Shown here: positions 50,702 through 59,271 of the stretch, in pieces
How the letters are laid out: every line of letters starts with the position of its first letter
Numbering within the stretch: position 1 is the stretch's first letter
Assembly: GCA_963814375.1 (NCBI GenBank)
Contig: CAWFCQ010000001.1
Coordinates: forward strand, 22,043-86,042
From: an uncultured Chloroflexia bacterium
Lineage (GTDB): Bacteria > Chloroflexota > Limnocylindria > QHBO01
Reading direction: 5' to 3'
DNA length: 64,000 bases
Made by a program: the position numbers and the translations under genes
Notes under the pieces: generated by a model
What the model was told of the DNA's origin: nothing
The model's database searches: none
Seen by the model: only the letters and a program-made list of their open reading frames with translations

Positions 50702-50824
50702 ATGCTCCGCCACGAACCGCGCCAGGACGCCGCCACCGTCTCCGATCGGGAGCTCGGGCTGGCCGCCATGCTGCTCCTGGCCGTCGTCGTCCTGGCCGTC
50801 CTCCTCGTGCCGGCTTTCGCCTGA
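50702..50824 (+). CDS. 40-aa single-TM microprotein (not in ORF track)
   Basis: MLRHEPRQDAATVSDRELGLAAMLLLAVVVLAVLLVPAFA; GGAG upstream. Confidence 0.5.
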   Translation: MLRHEPRQDAATVSDRELGLAAMLLLAVVVLAVLLVPAFA

Positions 50825-50858
50825 CCTCGCCCGCCGCGATCGTCCGCCGTGTCGTCTG

Positions 50859-51911
50859 TCAGGGACGAAGCCGGTAGAAGCGAAAGAAGTCGTTCTCGAT
50901 CGGCAGGATCTCCACGGAGCCGAACCCGGCCTCGGTCGCGTAGCCACGCAGGGTGTCCGGCCGCATGACGGTCCCGGTCGCGACCGATGGGCTGCGTGAT
51001 CGTCCGTCCGGCAGGCAGGTCGTGATCGACCACCCGTACATGAAGCGCTCGAGCTCGTCGCCCGGCGCGCCGAACTCCTCGGCGACACGCTCGTCGACCA
51101 CGACCAGCGACGCCTCCGTCGCAAGCCCTTCGCGAATCGCTCGCAGCACCGGCACGGGGTTCGACATGTCGTGCACCGACTCGATGATGAGCGCGAGGTC
51201 GAATTGCCCATCGAGGTCGGCTGCGTCCGCGTGGCGGAACTCGACGGCATCGCTCAATCCCGCCTCCGCGGCGTGGCTCTGCGCCGCGTCGATCGAAGGG
51301 CCGTCGAGGTCGACGCCGATCACCTTCGCCTTCGGGTAGGCCCGGGCCAGCGCCAGCGTCGACCAGCCCTCCCCGCACCCCACATCGACCACCCGAGCCG
51401 GCGGCTCGCCACGGAGCCGAGCGTCAACGTCCTTGATCGCGGGCAGCCACTCGCGGCCCAGCAGATGCGTGAGCGCCGGGCGGTTGAACGCTGCCTGGCC
51501 CTCGCGCATGTCTGCGCCGTACGACTCCCAGCCGTGCCCCGCTCCGGTTCGATAGGCAGCAACAAGGTGGGGGAGCTGGCCGACCGCGGCGGTCACCATT
51601 CGGGCAAGCGGCGCCATCAGGCTGATGCTCTCGGGATCGAACAGCACGGCGGCGTGATCGGCCGAGAGGCTGAAGCGCCGAGCGTCATCGACCTCGAGGA
51701 TGGCGCCGACGGCCTGCTGCTCGAGCCATTCGCGCGCGTAGCGCGCATCGGTCCCGGTGCGGCTGGCGAGCTCTTCGGCCGTGGCCGGCCCATCGTGGGC
51801 CAGGGACCGATACCAACCGAGGCGGTCGCCGAGATAGACGCCCGCAAGGTCGAACGTGCCGACGGCGGCATTGAAGAGGCGTTCGGCGAGGATGTCGGCT
51901 GGCGTGCTCAT
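50859..51911 (-). CDS. class I SAM methyltransferase with N-terminal wHTH
   Basis: GDRLGWY, RYAREWL and DVGCGEG motifs. Confidence 0.9.
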   Translation of the reverse strand: MSTPADILAERLFNAAVGTFDLAGVYLGDRLGWYRSLAHDGPATAEELASRTGTDARYAREWLEQQAVGAILEVDDARRFSLSADHAAVLFDPESISLMAPLARMVTAAVGQLPHLVAAYRTGAGHGWESYGADMREGQAAFNRPALTHLLGREWLPAIKDVDARLRGEPPARVVDVGCGEGWSTLALARAYPKAKVIGVDLDGPSIDAAQSHAAEAGLSDAVEFRHADAADLDGQFDLALIIESVHDMSNPVPVLRAIREGLATEASLVVVDERVAEEFGAPGDELERFMYGWSITTCLPDGRSRSPSVATGTVMRPDTLRGYATEAGFGSVEILPIENDFFRFYRLRP

Positions 51912-51921
51912 CTGGTTCTCC

Positions 51922-53580
51922 TCATTCCATCGCCGGGATCACCGGACGGGCACCTTCCTGCGCGGGAGACGCTTCGTTGCTGCGGCGGAGCGTGAGCTCC
52001 GGCACCACCAGCGTCACGACGGCCGCCGCAGCAACCGCGGCGATGACTGCCAGCCACATCGAGCTGGCGATGGCGATCGAGAAGGCCTGGTGGATGGCAT
52101 CCACGATCTGACTGATGAACGGCTCGACGGCGGGCCGGGTCTCTGGGGAAACGCGAGCCAGGATCTGCTGGCCGAGATCGACGCCGACGCCGGTGAGCTC
52201 GCCCTGCATGGAGGCGCCGCTCTGCGAGAAGCCGTCGATCATGGGCTGGGGGACGCCGTTCTCCGCCAGCTGCCGCGGGACTTGGGCGGTGAAGGTGCTC
52301 CCGAATATCGTGCCGGCGATCGCCAGCCCGACCGACCCGCCGACCTGGCGGAAGAACGTGAGCGCGCTCGTGGCGGAGCCGAGCATCCGGGGCGCGACGG
52401 CGGTCTGGACGACGATCGTGAAGACGGCGAAGGAAGGACCGATGCCGAGGCCGGCGATGAACATCCACAGCCACACCGCGGCGACGTTCGTGTCCGCGGT
52501 GATGCCGGTCATCAGCAGCAGACCGACGGCCGAGATCGACATTGCGCCGACCGTCATCCACTTGTAGCGGCCGGTGCGCGCCACGATGAAGCCGGACGCG
52601 ACCGAGCTGCCCAGGACGCCGGCCATCAGCGGCAGCATCTGGTAGCCGGAGATCGTTGCGCTCGAGCCCTGGACGAACTGGAACCAGCGCGGCAGGAAGA
52701 TGATGGCGCCGAAGAACCCGAACGTGATCAGGAACGTCGCGGCGATCGATCCGGCCACGGCACGGTTGCGGAAGAGGCTCAGCGGCAGGATCGGCTCGAT
52801 CGCTCGTGATTCGACCCACACGAAGACCACGCCGAGGGCCAGGCCGAGGACGATCAGCCCACCGACGATCGGATCGGTCCAGTCGTTGAACTGCGCATTC
52901 GTCAGGCCCAGGAGGAGCGGAATGATCGCGGCGGCGAAGATGATGGCGCCGGGATAGTCGATCGAGCGCACCGCCTCGGGGTGCCGAATCGGCGGAAGAA
53001 GGCGCCACAGGACGAACAGCGCCACGAGGCCGAGCGGCAGGTTGACGAGGAACACCCAGTGCCAGCTGATCGTGTCGGTCAGAAAGCCTCCCAGTGCCGG
53101 ACCGATAATCGACGCGATCGCGAACATCGCGCCGAAGAGGCCCTGGTACTTGCCACGCTCGCGCGGGCTGAAGAGGTCGCCGATGACGGCGAGCGAGATC
53201 GGGAAGATCGCACCCGCGCCGAGTCCCTGGAGGCCGCGGAAGACGATGAGCTGCCACATCTCCTGGCTCAGGCCGCAGAGCAGCGAGCCGAGAAGGAAGA
53301 GGCTGACGCCGATCATCATCATCGGCCGGCGACCGAACTGGTCGGACAGCTTCCCGTAGATGGGGCCGCTGACGGTCGCGGTCAGGAGATAGACCGTCAC
53401 GACCCACACGTACATCTCGTTGCCGGAGAGATCAGTGACGATGCGCGGCAGCGCCGTGCCGACGATCGTCTGGTCCAGCGCGGAGAGGAACAGCGTGAGC
53501 ATCACCGCGGCCAGGATCTCCATGCGTGCCCGGTGATCGATATGGACGGGCGCGTGGTCGAGCGCCGCTGTGGAGGTCAT
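51922..53580 (-). CDS. DHA2 (EmrB/QacA) MFS drug efflux transporter
   Basis: LDQTIVGTALP, GKLSDQFGRR and WVFLVNLP; about 14 TM helices. Confidence 0.93.
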   Translation of the reverse strand: MTSTAALDHAPVHIDHRARMEILAAVMLTLFLSALDQTIVGTALPRIVTDLSGNEMYVWVVTVYLLTATVSGPIYGKLSDQFGRRPMMMIGVSLFLLGSLLCGLSQEMWQLIVFRGLQGLGAGAIFPISLAVIGDLFSPRERGKYQGLFGAMFAIASIIGPALGGFLTDTISWHWVFLVNLPLGLVALFVLWRLLPPIRHPEAVRSIDYPGAIIFAAAIIPLLLGLTNAQFNDWTDPIVGGLIVLGLALGVVFVWVESRAIEPILPLSLFRNRAVAGSIAATFLITFGFFGAIIFLPRWFQFVQGSSATISGYQMLPLMAGVLGSSVASGFIVARTGRYKWMTVGAMSISAVGLLLMTGITADTNVAAVWLWMFIAGLGIGPSFAVFTIVVQTAVAPRMLGSATSALTFFRQVGGSVGLAIAGTIFGSTFTAQVPRQLAENGVPQPMIDGFSQSGASMQGELTGVGVDLGQQILARVSPETRPAVEPFISQIVDAIHQAFSIAIASSMWLAVIAAVAAAAVVTLVVPELTLRRSNEASPAQEGARPVIPAME

Positions 53581-54083
53581 GCGCCTGGTTCCTCTGAATG
53601 GGCGAGCCGCTCGGCGGCGGCATGCAGGTCACGCACCGCCTGCAACAGGCGTCGCTGCTGAGTGTTGTCGAGCTCCCCCAGGAGGCGTGTCATCCGCTCG
53701 CGACGCGCCGCCTCCATCTCCTCGATGACGCCACGGCCGGCGGCGGTGAGACTGACGAGGACGACCCTTCGATCGGAGGGATCCTGGCTGCGCTGGATCA
53801 GCCCGCGATCGGCCATGCGTGCCGCGATACCGGTGGCGTTCGGGAGGGCGACTCCCAGCTCATCGGCAAGGCGGCCCATCGGCGTCGGGCCATCCATCTC
53901 GAGCAAGGCGAGGACCTGGAACCCGGCGATCGAGATGCCATGCGCCTGGCACCGCGCGGCCCATCGGCGCCGGTGATGAGCGAGCAGCGGCGCGATGGCG
54001 TCGAGGATGTCGGTCGCGCTGGTCGAGGGCGAGGTGCCCTTCGGTCGCGAAGGCGTCGTGGGAACGGTGGTGGCGGTCGGCAC
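53577..54083 (-). CDS. MarR-family regulator
   Basis: wHTH with DRRVVLVSLTAAG; overlaps the MFS start. Confidence 0.92.
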   Translation of the reverse strand: MPTATTVPTTPSRPKGTSPSTSATDILDAIAPLLAHHRRRWAARCQAHGISIAGFQVLALLEMDGPTPMGRLADELGVALPNATGIAARMADRGLIQRSQDPSDRRVVLVSLTAAGRGVIEEMEAARRERMTRLLGELDNTQQRRLLQAVRDLHAAAERLAHSEEPGA

Positions 54084-54085
54084 CG

Positions 54086-54117
54086 CATCATTATGATGAG
54101 ATGAACTATTCTGTCAA
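54086..54117 (-). promoter_or_regulatory. sigma-A promoter TTGACA-N16-CATAAT with palindromic operator CATCAT-T-ATGATG over the -10
   Basis: -35 at 54112-54117, -10 at 54090-54095, GTG start 6 nt downstream. Confidence 0.75.
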
Positions 54118-54465
54118 ACGCAATCGTTAGCCACGCTGAGGGTGCTTCACTTCCCACAGCGCCCGTGGACGGCCTGTGGATAGCTCGCCAGCGGTGAACG
54201 AAGTTCGGGGATAAGTGGTCTTGTGCCGGTCTCGTCGGCCGGCACCGATACTGTGGTCGTCCCGAAGGGGCAAGCAAACCCGGATCACAGGGCTTCGGTC
54301 TTGAGTTCTGGGACCGGCACCGGTGGCTTCGGTCACACGGACCGGACGGCAGCGGTGGCTTCGGTCACCGAGGTTGAGCGCCTGTTCCTTCGGGACATTT
54401 CGTGTGCCCGGGATTCGCCTGGCGAGGACCGAACCCGCCGCGCTTCGCGGGAGTAGGTTCAGTGC

Positions 54466-55242
54466 ATGGACGCTGGATCGGAGCCGATGACCGCAGCCAC
54501 CGAGGAGCGCGACGGCGCCCGGATTCACGACCTCCGCGTGGCGGACGCCGAGGCGTACCTGGTGGAGCCAGTGGGCGGCGGCCGTGGGCCGGCGATCCTC
54601 TTCCTCCACTGGCTCGACACCGAGGCGCCGGACGGCAACCGCACCCAGTTCCTGGACGAGGCGATCGGGCTGGCCCGCGAGCGGGGAGTGGTATCGGTCC
54701 TTCCACAGGGACAGTTCCCCTGGCTCGGCGGACCGGTCGACGCGGCGTCGGACGCGGAACGCATTCGGGCGGAGGTAGCGCGGCACCGCCTGGCGATCGA
54801 CATGCTCGAGGAGCGCCCGGACGTCGACCCCGCCCGCATCGCCATGGTCGGGCACGATTTCGGAGCGATGCACGGGGTGATCCTGGCGGCCGAGGATGAG
54901 CGCATCGCCGGCGCGGTTCTCATCGCGGCCACACCCCGCTGGGGCGACTGGTTCCTCACCTTCTGGCAGCTGCCCGACGATCGGCACGACTACCTGCGCG
55001 CTCTCGCGCCGCTCGACCCGATCACTCGCGTCGCAGAGCTCGCGCCGCGCCCGGTGTGCTTCCAGTTCGCGAGCAGCGATTACTACATCGCGCCGATGAC
55101 CGGCCACGAGTTCCACCGCGCTGCCGGTGAGCCGAAGGAGATCCACGCCTACGAGGCCGACCACGGCGTGCGCGACCCAGGGGCCCGCGAGGATCGCGCC
55201 GCGTTCCTGGGACGCCTGCTCGGCTGGGCAGCCGGCGACTGA
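54466..55242 (+). CDS. alpha/beta hydrolase (dienelactone/acetylxylan-esterase-like)
   Basis: VDPARIAMVGHDFG elbow; catalytic Asp region and C-terminal ADH. Confidence 0.8.
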   Translation: MDAGSEPMTAATEERDGARIHDLRVADAEAYLVEPVGGGRGPAILFLHWLDTEAPDGNRTQFLDEAIGLARERGVVSVLPQGQFPWLGGPVDAASDAERIRAEVARHRLAIDMLEERPDVDPARIAMVGHDFGAMHGVILAAEDERIAGAVLIAATPRWGDWFLTFWQLPDDRHDYLRALAPLDPITRVAELAPRPVCFQFASSDYYIAPMTGHEFHRAAGEPKEIHAYEADHGVRDPGAREDRAAFLGRLLGWAAGD

Positions 55243-56145
55243 TCAGAGGGCGAGGCGCTGCTGCTCGGGGGCCGCCGGAGGCGAGAGGACGATGCGCCGG
55301 CGGTCGGCGATGCCGCTCCCGCGCCTGACCGCGGCCGCCCGCCGCTCGATAGGCTCCGCGTCCGCGACGGCAAGGTAGCCGCTTCCGCCGGCGGGGTAGA
55401 GGCGGCGATAGCGCTCGGCCTCGTCCGGCCACTCGGCGTCGAGGACCGAGAGAAAGTGCTCTCGCGTGCCCGGCCTCAGGTTGAGGATGTTCGTCCAGGC
55501 GTGAGTCGCGCCCGCCTCGCGCGCGGCGTCGAGGACCGCGGCGAGGGAGCGGGGCGCATCGGTCAGGCCCGGCATGATCGGGGCGAGCGCGACGCCGGCG
55601 GCGATGCCGGCATCGGTCAGCAGCCTGATCGCTCGCAGCCGCTGGCGCGGCGGCGCGACGCCAGGCTCGAGCCACGACCCGAGTGTCGGGTCCAGGGTGG
55701 CGATGCTGATGCTGACCCGGACTGATGCGCGATGGGAGGCCTCGGCGAGGACGTCGCGATCGCGTACCACCATTGGCCCGCGCGTGATGAGGTCGATGGG
55801 CGTTCGCGCCGCGGCGAGCGCGGCGATGCAGCCGCGAGTGAGCCGATAGTGGCCCTCGGCCGGCTGGTACGGGTCGGTGGCCGCGCCGATCGCCACCGTC
55901 TGTCGTCGCCAGCTGCGCCGGCCGAGCTCGGACCTCAGGACCTCGACGATGTTGACCTTGACCCTGACGCTCGAGCCGTATCGGTCGTCAGATGGCCGTT
56001 CGGCGCGTCGCTCGAAACCGCGCACGTAACAGAAGGCACACCGATGCGCGCACCCCATGTACGGATTGAGGCTCCATCGAAAGCCCATGCCGGTGACGCG
56101 GTTGAGCGCCGTCCGACAGGGCTCTTCGCGATACGCCGCGCGCAT
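55243..56145 (-). CDS. radical SAM protein, spore-photoproduct-lyase-like (Rv2578c type)
   Basis: NPYMGCAHRCAFCY CxxxCxxC motif and TDPYQPAE. Confidence 0.92.
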   Translation of the reverse strand: MRAAYREEPCRTALNRVTGMGFRWSLNPYMGCAHRCAFCYVRGFERRAERPSDDRYGSSVRVKVNIVEVLRSELGRRSWRRQTVAIGAATDPYQPAEGHYRLTRGCIAALAAARTPIDLITRGPMVVRDRDVLAEASHRASVRVSISIATLDPTLGSWLEPGVAPPRQRLRAIRLLTDAGIAAGVALAPIMPGLTDAPRSLAAVLDAAREAGATHAWTNILNLRPGTREHFLSVLDAEWPDEAERYRRLYPAGGSGYLAVADAEPIERRAAAVRRGSGIADRRRIVLSPPAAPEQQRLAL

Positions 56146-56157
56146 CGGACCATGCTA

Positions 56158-56169
56158 GAACATATGTTC
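56158..56169. promoter_or_regulatory. LexA (SOS) box GAAC-ATAT-GTTC
   Basis: Perfect palindrome abutting the TAGCAT -10 (56152-56157) of the leaderless radical SAM gene. Confidence 0.85.
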
Positions 56170-56235
56170 GGTTCCGGCCAGCGGCGAGCGCGGCGCGTTG
56201 ACACCCGCGGGCCACGCCCCGAGCATCGACGCACC

Positions 56236-57489
56236 GTGCGCATCTCACTGGCGCGCCACCTTGCCGTCGGACGGCCGGGCTGGTCCGCCCTCCTCGTTGT
56301 ACTGCTGCTCCTCCCTCAGCTTCCGAGCGCCGTGGCGAGCCACCATGGCGGGCGTCCGATCTCGTCGCTCTTCACCTGTGATCGTCCGGTGAGCCCGCCC
56401 CGATGCACGAGCGTCGCCGATGGTCGACGGCACTTCGTCGTCATCGACTCGAGAGTCCCGGCAGACTTGGCCGCTTCGATGCGCGACACCATGGCGGAGG
56501 ACTACGACGCCCCCACCGAGCTCACCCTCATCCAGCAGCAGCGAGTCACGCGGCTGACCGACGTCATCGTGTACGCGGCCGACTGGGGTGAGAACGGGGC
56601 GGCCGGGTGGGTGTACTGCCCGTCCGGGTCGCCGCAGGGCGTCAATCCGGCCGGCCATCGGTGGTGCCGCCAGCAGGAGCTGCATTTCAACCTGAACTCG
56701 CGGTACGGGATCTTCTTCGGCGATGACGCCAGCCGCGATCACGTGACCTGCCACGAGCTCGGCCACACCATCGGCCTCCGTCATTGGGGCAATCCGCCAC
56801 AGACCGATGGGCCGGAGGTGGGCGAAACGTGCATGAACTCGAACACACCGGACGGTCCGACCCACCTCCATCAGATCGATATCGACCACGTCAACGCCTA
56901 CAACTACCGCCACGCGAGGCCGCCCCGGCACCTGCTGCTCGAGGATGGCCTCGACGGACCACGTCGACGGGATCGGCTCACGCCGTGGGTGGGAAGGCTC
57001 GAGGCGACCGAGATCGAGGCCCCAACCTCACTGACCGACCTGGTTCACTCGTCCGACGCGGTGATCTCCGGTCGGGTGATCGCGGTCGTGCCGGGCCGCG
57101 CATTCGGCTCGCCGGGTCGCCGGCTCACGTATGCCGCGGCAACCGTGCGCGTGGCCGAGGTTCTCGCCGGCGGGCTCCCCAACAGCTTCTCAACAGAGCT
57201 CACGCTCGAGATCCCGCTCTTCGACGGGCCCGCCTCGATCGACAGCTTGCCGGTGTGGGGGGATGCGATCTACTTCCTCCGGAGCAAGGCCACGTCCGCC
57301 CGAGAGGCCGGCCTCTCGATCGAGCTGCAGCGCTCGGAGGCCGACTTCTATCGGCTCGTCAACTTCTCGAGCCTGGTGGCTGATGACCACGGCATCGCCA
57401 GGACCGATCCCGAGTCGCCCATCCTCGCGCCGCTGGATGGCCTCACGCTCGCATCGGCTCGCGACCGCGTGCGTGCGGTGGCTCCGTAG
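56236..57489 (+). CDS. secreted metzincin (matrixin-like) protease with extra C-terminal domain
   Basis: Signal peptide; HELGHTIGLRH zinc motif; TCM Met-turn; TTGACA-N17-GAGCAT upstream. Confidence 0.8.
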   Translation: MRISLARHLAVGRPGWSALLVVLLLLPQLPSAVASHHGGRPISSLFTCDRPVSPPRCTSVADGRRHFVVIDSRVPADLAASMRDTMAEDYDAPTELTLIQQQRVTRLTDVIVYAADWGENGAAGWVYCPSGSPQGVNPAGHRWCRQQELHFNLNSRYGIFFGDDASRDHVTCHELGHTIGLRHWGNPPQTDGPEVGETCMNSNTPDGPTHLHQIDIDHVNAYNYRHARPPRHLLLEDGLDGPRRRDRLTPWVGRLEATEIEAPTSLTDLVHSSDAVISGRVIAVVPGRAFGSPGRRLTYAAATVRVAEVLAGGLPNSFSTELTLEIPLFDGPASIDSLPVWGDAIYFLRSKATSAREAGLSIELQRSEADFYRLVNFSSLVADDHGIARTDPESPILAPLDGLTLASARDRVRAVAP

Positions 57490-57580
57490 CGGGGCCCTTG
57501 CGCGCTCGGGGTATCCTCAGCGCGCCGTCCGTGCCCTTCGGCAGGCAATGGGGGATCGACCCTGCCCGGAGGTGGTGGCC

Positions 57581-57685
57581 GTGGAACTGTCGATTGGGCG
57601 CGAGCTCCTCGGCTTGGCGTTGCTCATCGGCCTGCTCGTGACCGTGATGTGGGTCCTCTCCACGACGAAGGGCTCACCCCGCTGA
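57581..57685 (+). CDS. 34-aa single-TM microprotein
   Basis: GGAGG RBS; MELSIGRELLGLALLIGLLVTVMWVLSTTKGSPR. Confidence 0.5.
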   Translation: MELSIGRELLGLALLIGLLVTVMWVLSTTKGSPR

Positions 57686-57738
57686 ACTTGGCCATCCCGG
57701 CGTTGGGCATGGCCGCGACGAGCCGGTAGCATGAGCCG

Positions 57739-58749
57739 ATGCGCGATACGACTGCCCAGGGCGGTGCGACTGCAGCGGCCGAAGGACCTTCGGCCGAGCT
57801 GATGGCGCAGCTCGACGGGTACCGCGTCGAGCTCACGGCCCACTGCTATCGGATGCTCGGCTCGGCATTCGAGGCCGAGGATGCCGTCCAGGAGACGCTC
57901 CTCAGGGCGTGGCGCGGGTTCGGCAGCTTCGAGGGCCGCGCCGCCCTCCGCTCGTGGCTGTATCGAATCGCCACGAATGTCTGCCTCACCATGCTCGGTG
58001 CCAGCCAGCGCCGCGCTCGGCCCATGGACCTGACGCCGCCCTCGAGCGCGGATCGCCAGCTGCCTCCGGCGCTGCCAGAGGCCATGTGGGTCGAGCCGAT
58101 CCCGGATGCCCGGGTCGTGCCATCCACGGGCGATCCCGCCGAAGTCGCCGTCGCGCGAGAGTCGGTGCGGCTCGCCTTCGTCGCCGCGCTCCAGCGCCTG
58201 CCACCCCGCCAGCGGGCTGTCCTGATCCTGCGGGAGGTGCTGCGGTGGCGGGCGGACGAGGTCGCCGATCTGCTCGACACCACGGTCGCATCGGTCAACA
58301 GCGCGCTCCAGCGCGCACGCGCCACGCTGTCGGCAGCGCAGGATGCGGATGCCGCGCCCGCCAGGCCGATCGGCAAGGCCGAGCATGAGCTCCTGCGGCG
58401 CTACGTGACGGCGTTCGAGCAGTACGACATGGATGCGCTCACCTCGCTCCTCCAGCAGGACGCGAGGTGGAACATGCCGCCGTACGACCTGTGGCTCCAG
58501 ACCCACGACGATATCGTGGCCTGGTGCCTCGGACCCGGAATCGGCTGCCGTGGCTCGCGCCTGGTGGCGACGATGGCCAACGGCGCGCCCGCCTTCGGCC
58601 AGTACAAGCCCGCGCCAGACGGCGGGCTGGAGCCATGGTCCCTCCAGGTCCTGGAGCTCTCAGGTGACCGAATCAGCGGCATCACCTTCTTCCTCGACAC
58701 CGCGCGCTTCTTCCCGATGTTCGGCCTGCCCCCCAGGCTCGCCGCCTAG
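57739..58749 (+). CDS. sigG: ECF sigma factor with SnoaL-like C-terminal extension (SigG/ECF56 type)
   Basis: HCYRMLGS..EAEDAVQE, WLYRIATNVCL, SVNSALQRAR, MPP and ANGAPA. Confidence 0.88.
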   Translation: MRDTTAQGGATAAAEGPSAELMAQLDGYRVELTAHCYRMLGSAFEAEDAVQETLLRAWRGFGSFEGRAALRSWLYRIATNVCLTMLGASQRRARPMDLTPPSSADRQLPPALPEAMWVEPIPDARVVPSTGDPAEVAVARESVRLAFVAALQRLPPRQRAVLILREVLRWRADEVADLLDTTVASVNSALQRARATLSAAQDADAAPARPIGKAEHELLRRYVTAFEQYDMDALTSLLQQDARWNMPPYDLWLQTHDDIVAWCLGPGIGCRGSRLVATMANGAPAFGQYKPAPDGGLEPWSLQVLELSGDRISGITFFLDTARFFPMFGLPPRLAA

Positions 58750-59073
58750 GTCGCCACGGCACGCGCCGATGACGGCGCACAGGCCAACGAGGTCCAGCAG
58801 TCCGTGCAGATCAGCCGATGCGTTCGCCAGGCTGATCGCGCCACCTCCGCGATGCGCCACGAGCTGGAGTCGCGCAAGTGTGGCCACCGTCCCGAGGTCG
58901 GACTCCCTGGTGTGGACCACGTCGCACACGACGTCCGCCTGACCGGCGTTGACGAGGCCCCTGACGTGCTCGACGAGCAGCGCCAGCTCGGCCTGCCCGA
59001 TCCGGCCCTCGATGGTGACGTCCATCCGGGTCGGGACCAGCGGCTGAACGTGGTGGCGCCCGCGATCGGGCAT
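58660..59073 (-). CDS. STAS-domain protein, 3' end overlapping sigG in antisense
   Basis: VVCDV...DLGTVATLARLQL...LLDLVGL STAS pattern. Confidence 0.7.
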   Translation of the reverse strand: MPDRGRHHVQPLVPTRMDVTIEGRIGQAELALLVEHVRGLVNAGQADVVCDVVHTRESDLGTVATLARLQLVAHRGGGAISLANASADLHGLLDLVGLCAVIGACRGDLGGEPGGQAEHREEARGVEEEGDAADSVT

Positions 59074-59105
59074 GCGACAGGGACCTCAGGATGAACGCTC
59101 GTGCG

Positions 59106-59136
59106 TTCAGACCGCGTCCGGACGCCTAACTCATCG
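59106..59136 (-). promoter_or_regulatory. SigG-type promoter CGATGA-N18-GTCTGAA
   Basis: Matches the mycobacterial SigG consensus CGATGA-N18-GTCNNTA with one mismatch; points at the STAS gene. Confidence 0.7.
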
Positions 59137-59195
59137 GCGGCCGCGATTGATCGCGGGGAGGCATCGGTCGCGACATGTCGCGGACGTGCGCGGGC

Positions 59196-59226
59196 CGATG
59201 AGTTCTCCATCCCGGACGGGTCGGTA
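59196..59226 (+). promoter_or_regulatory. SigG-type promoter CGATGA-N18-GTCGGTA
   Basis: Exact match to CGATGA-N18-GTCNNTA; points at the FAD-oxidase operon. Confidence 0.78.
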
Positions 59227-59271
59227 CGGTGAATGCAGGTCCGACCCTCCCACCGATCCGCGAGGAGCCCG

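Noticed and set aside
54150-54220. Possible oriC (DnaA-box-like sequences) and GAAC-GAA-GTTC as a LexA box
   Set aside because: Only 2-3 mismatched boxes, no AT-rich unwinding element and no dnaA/dnaN; the LexA-like spacer is 3 nt rather than 4.
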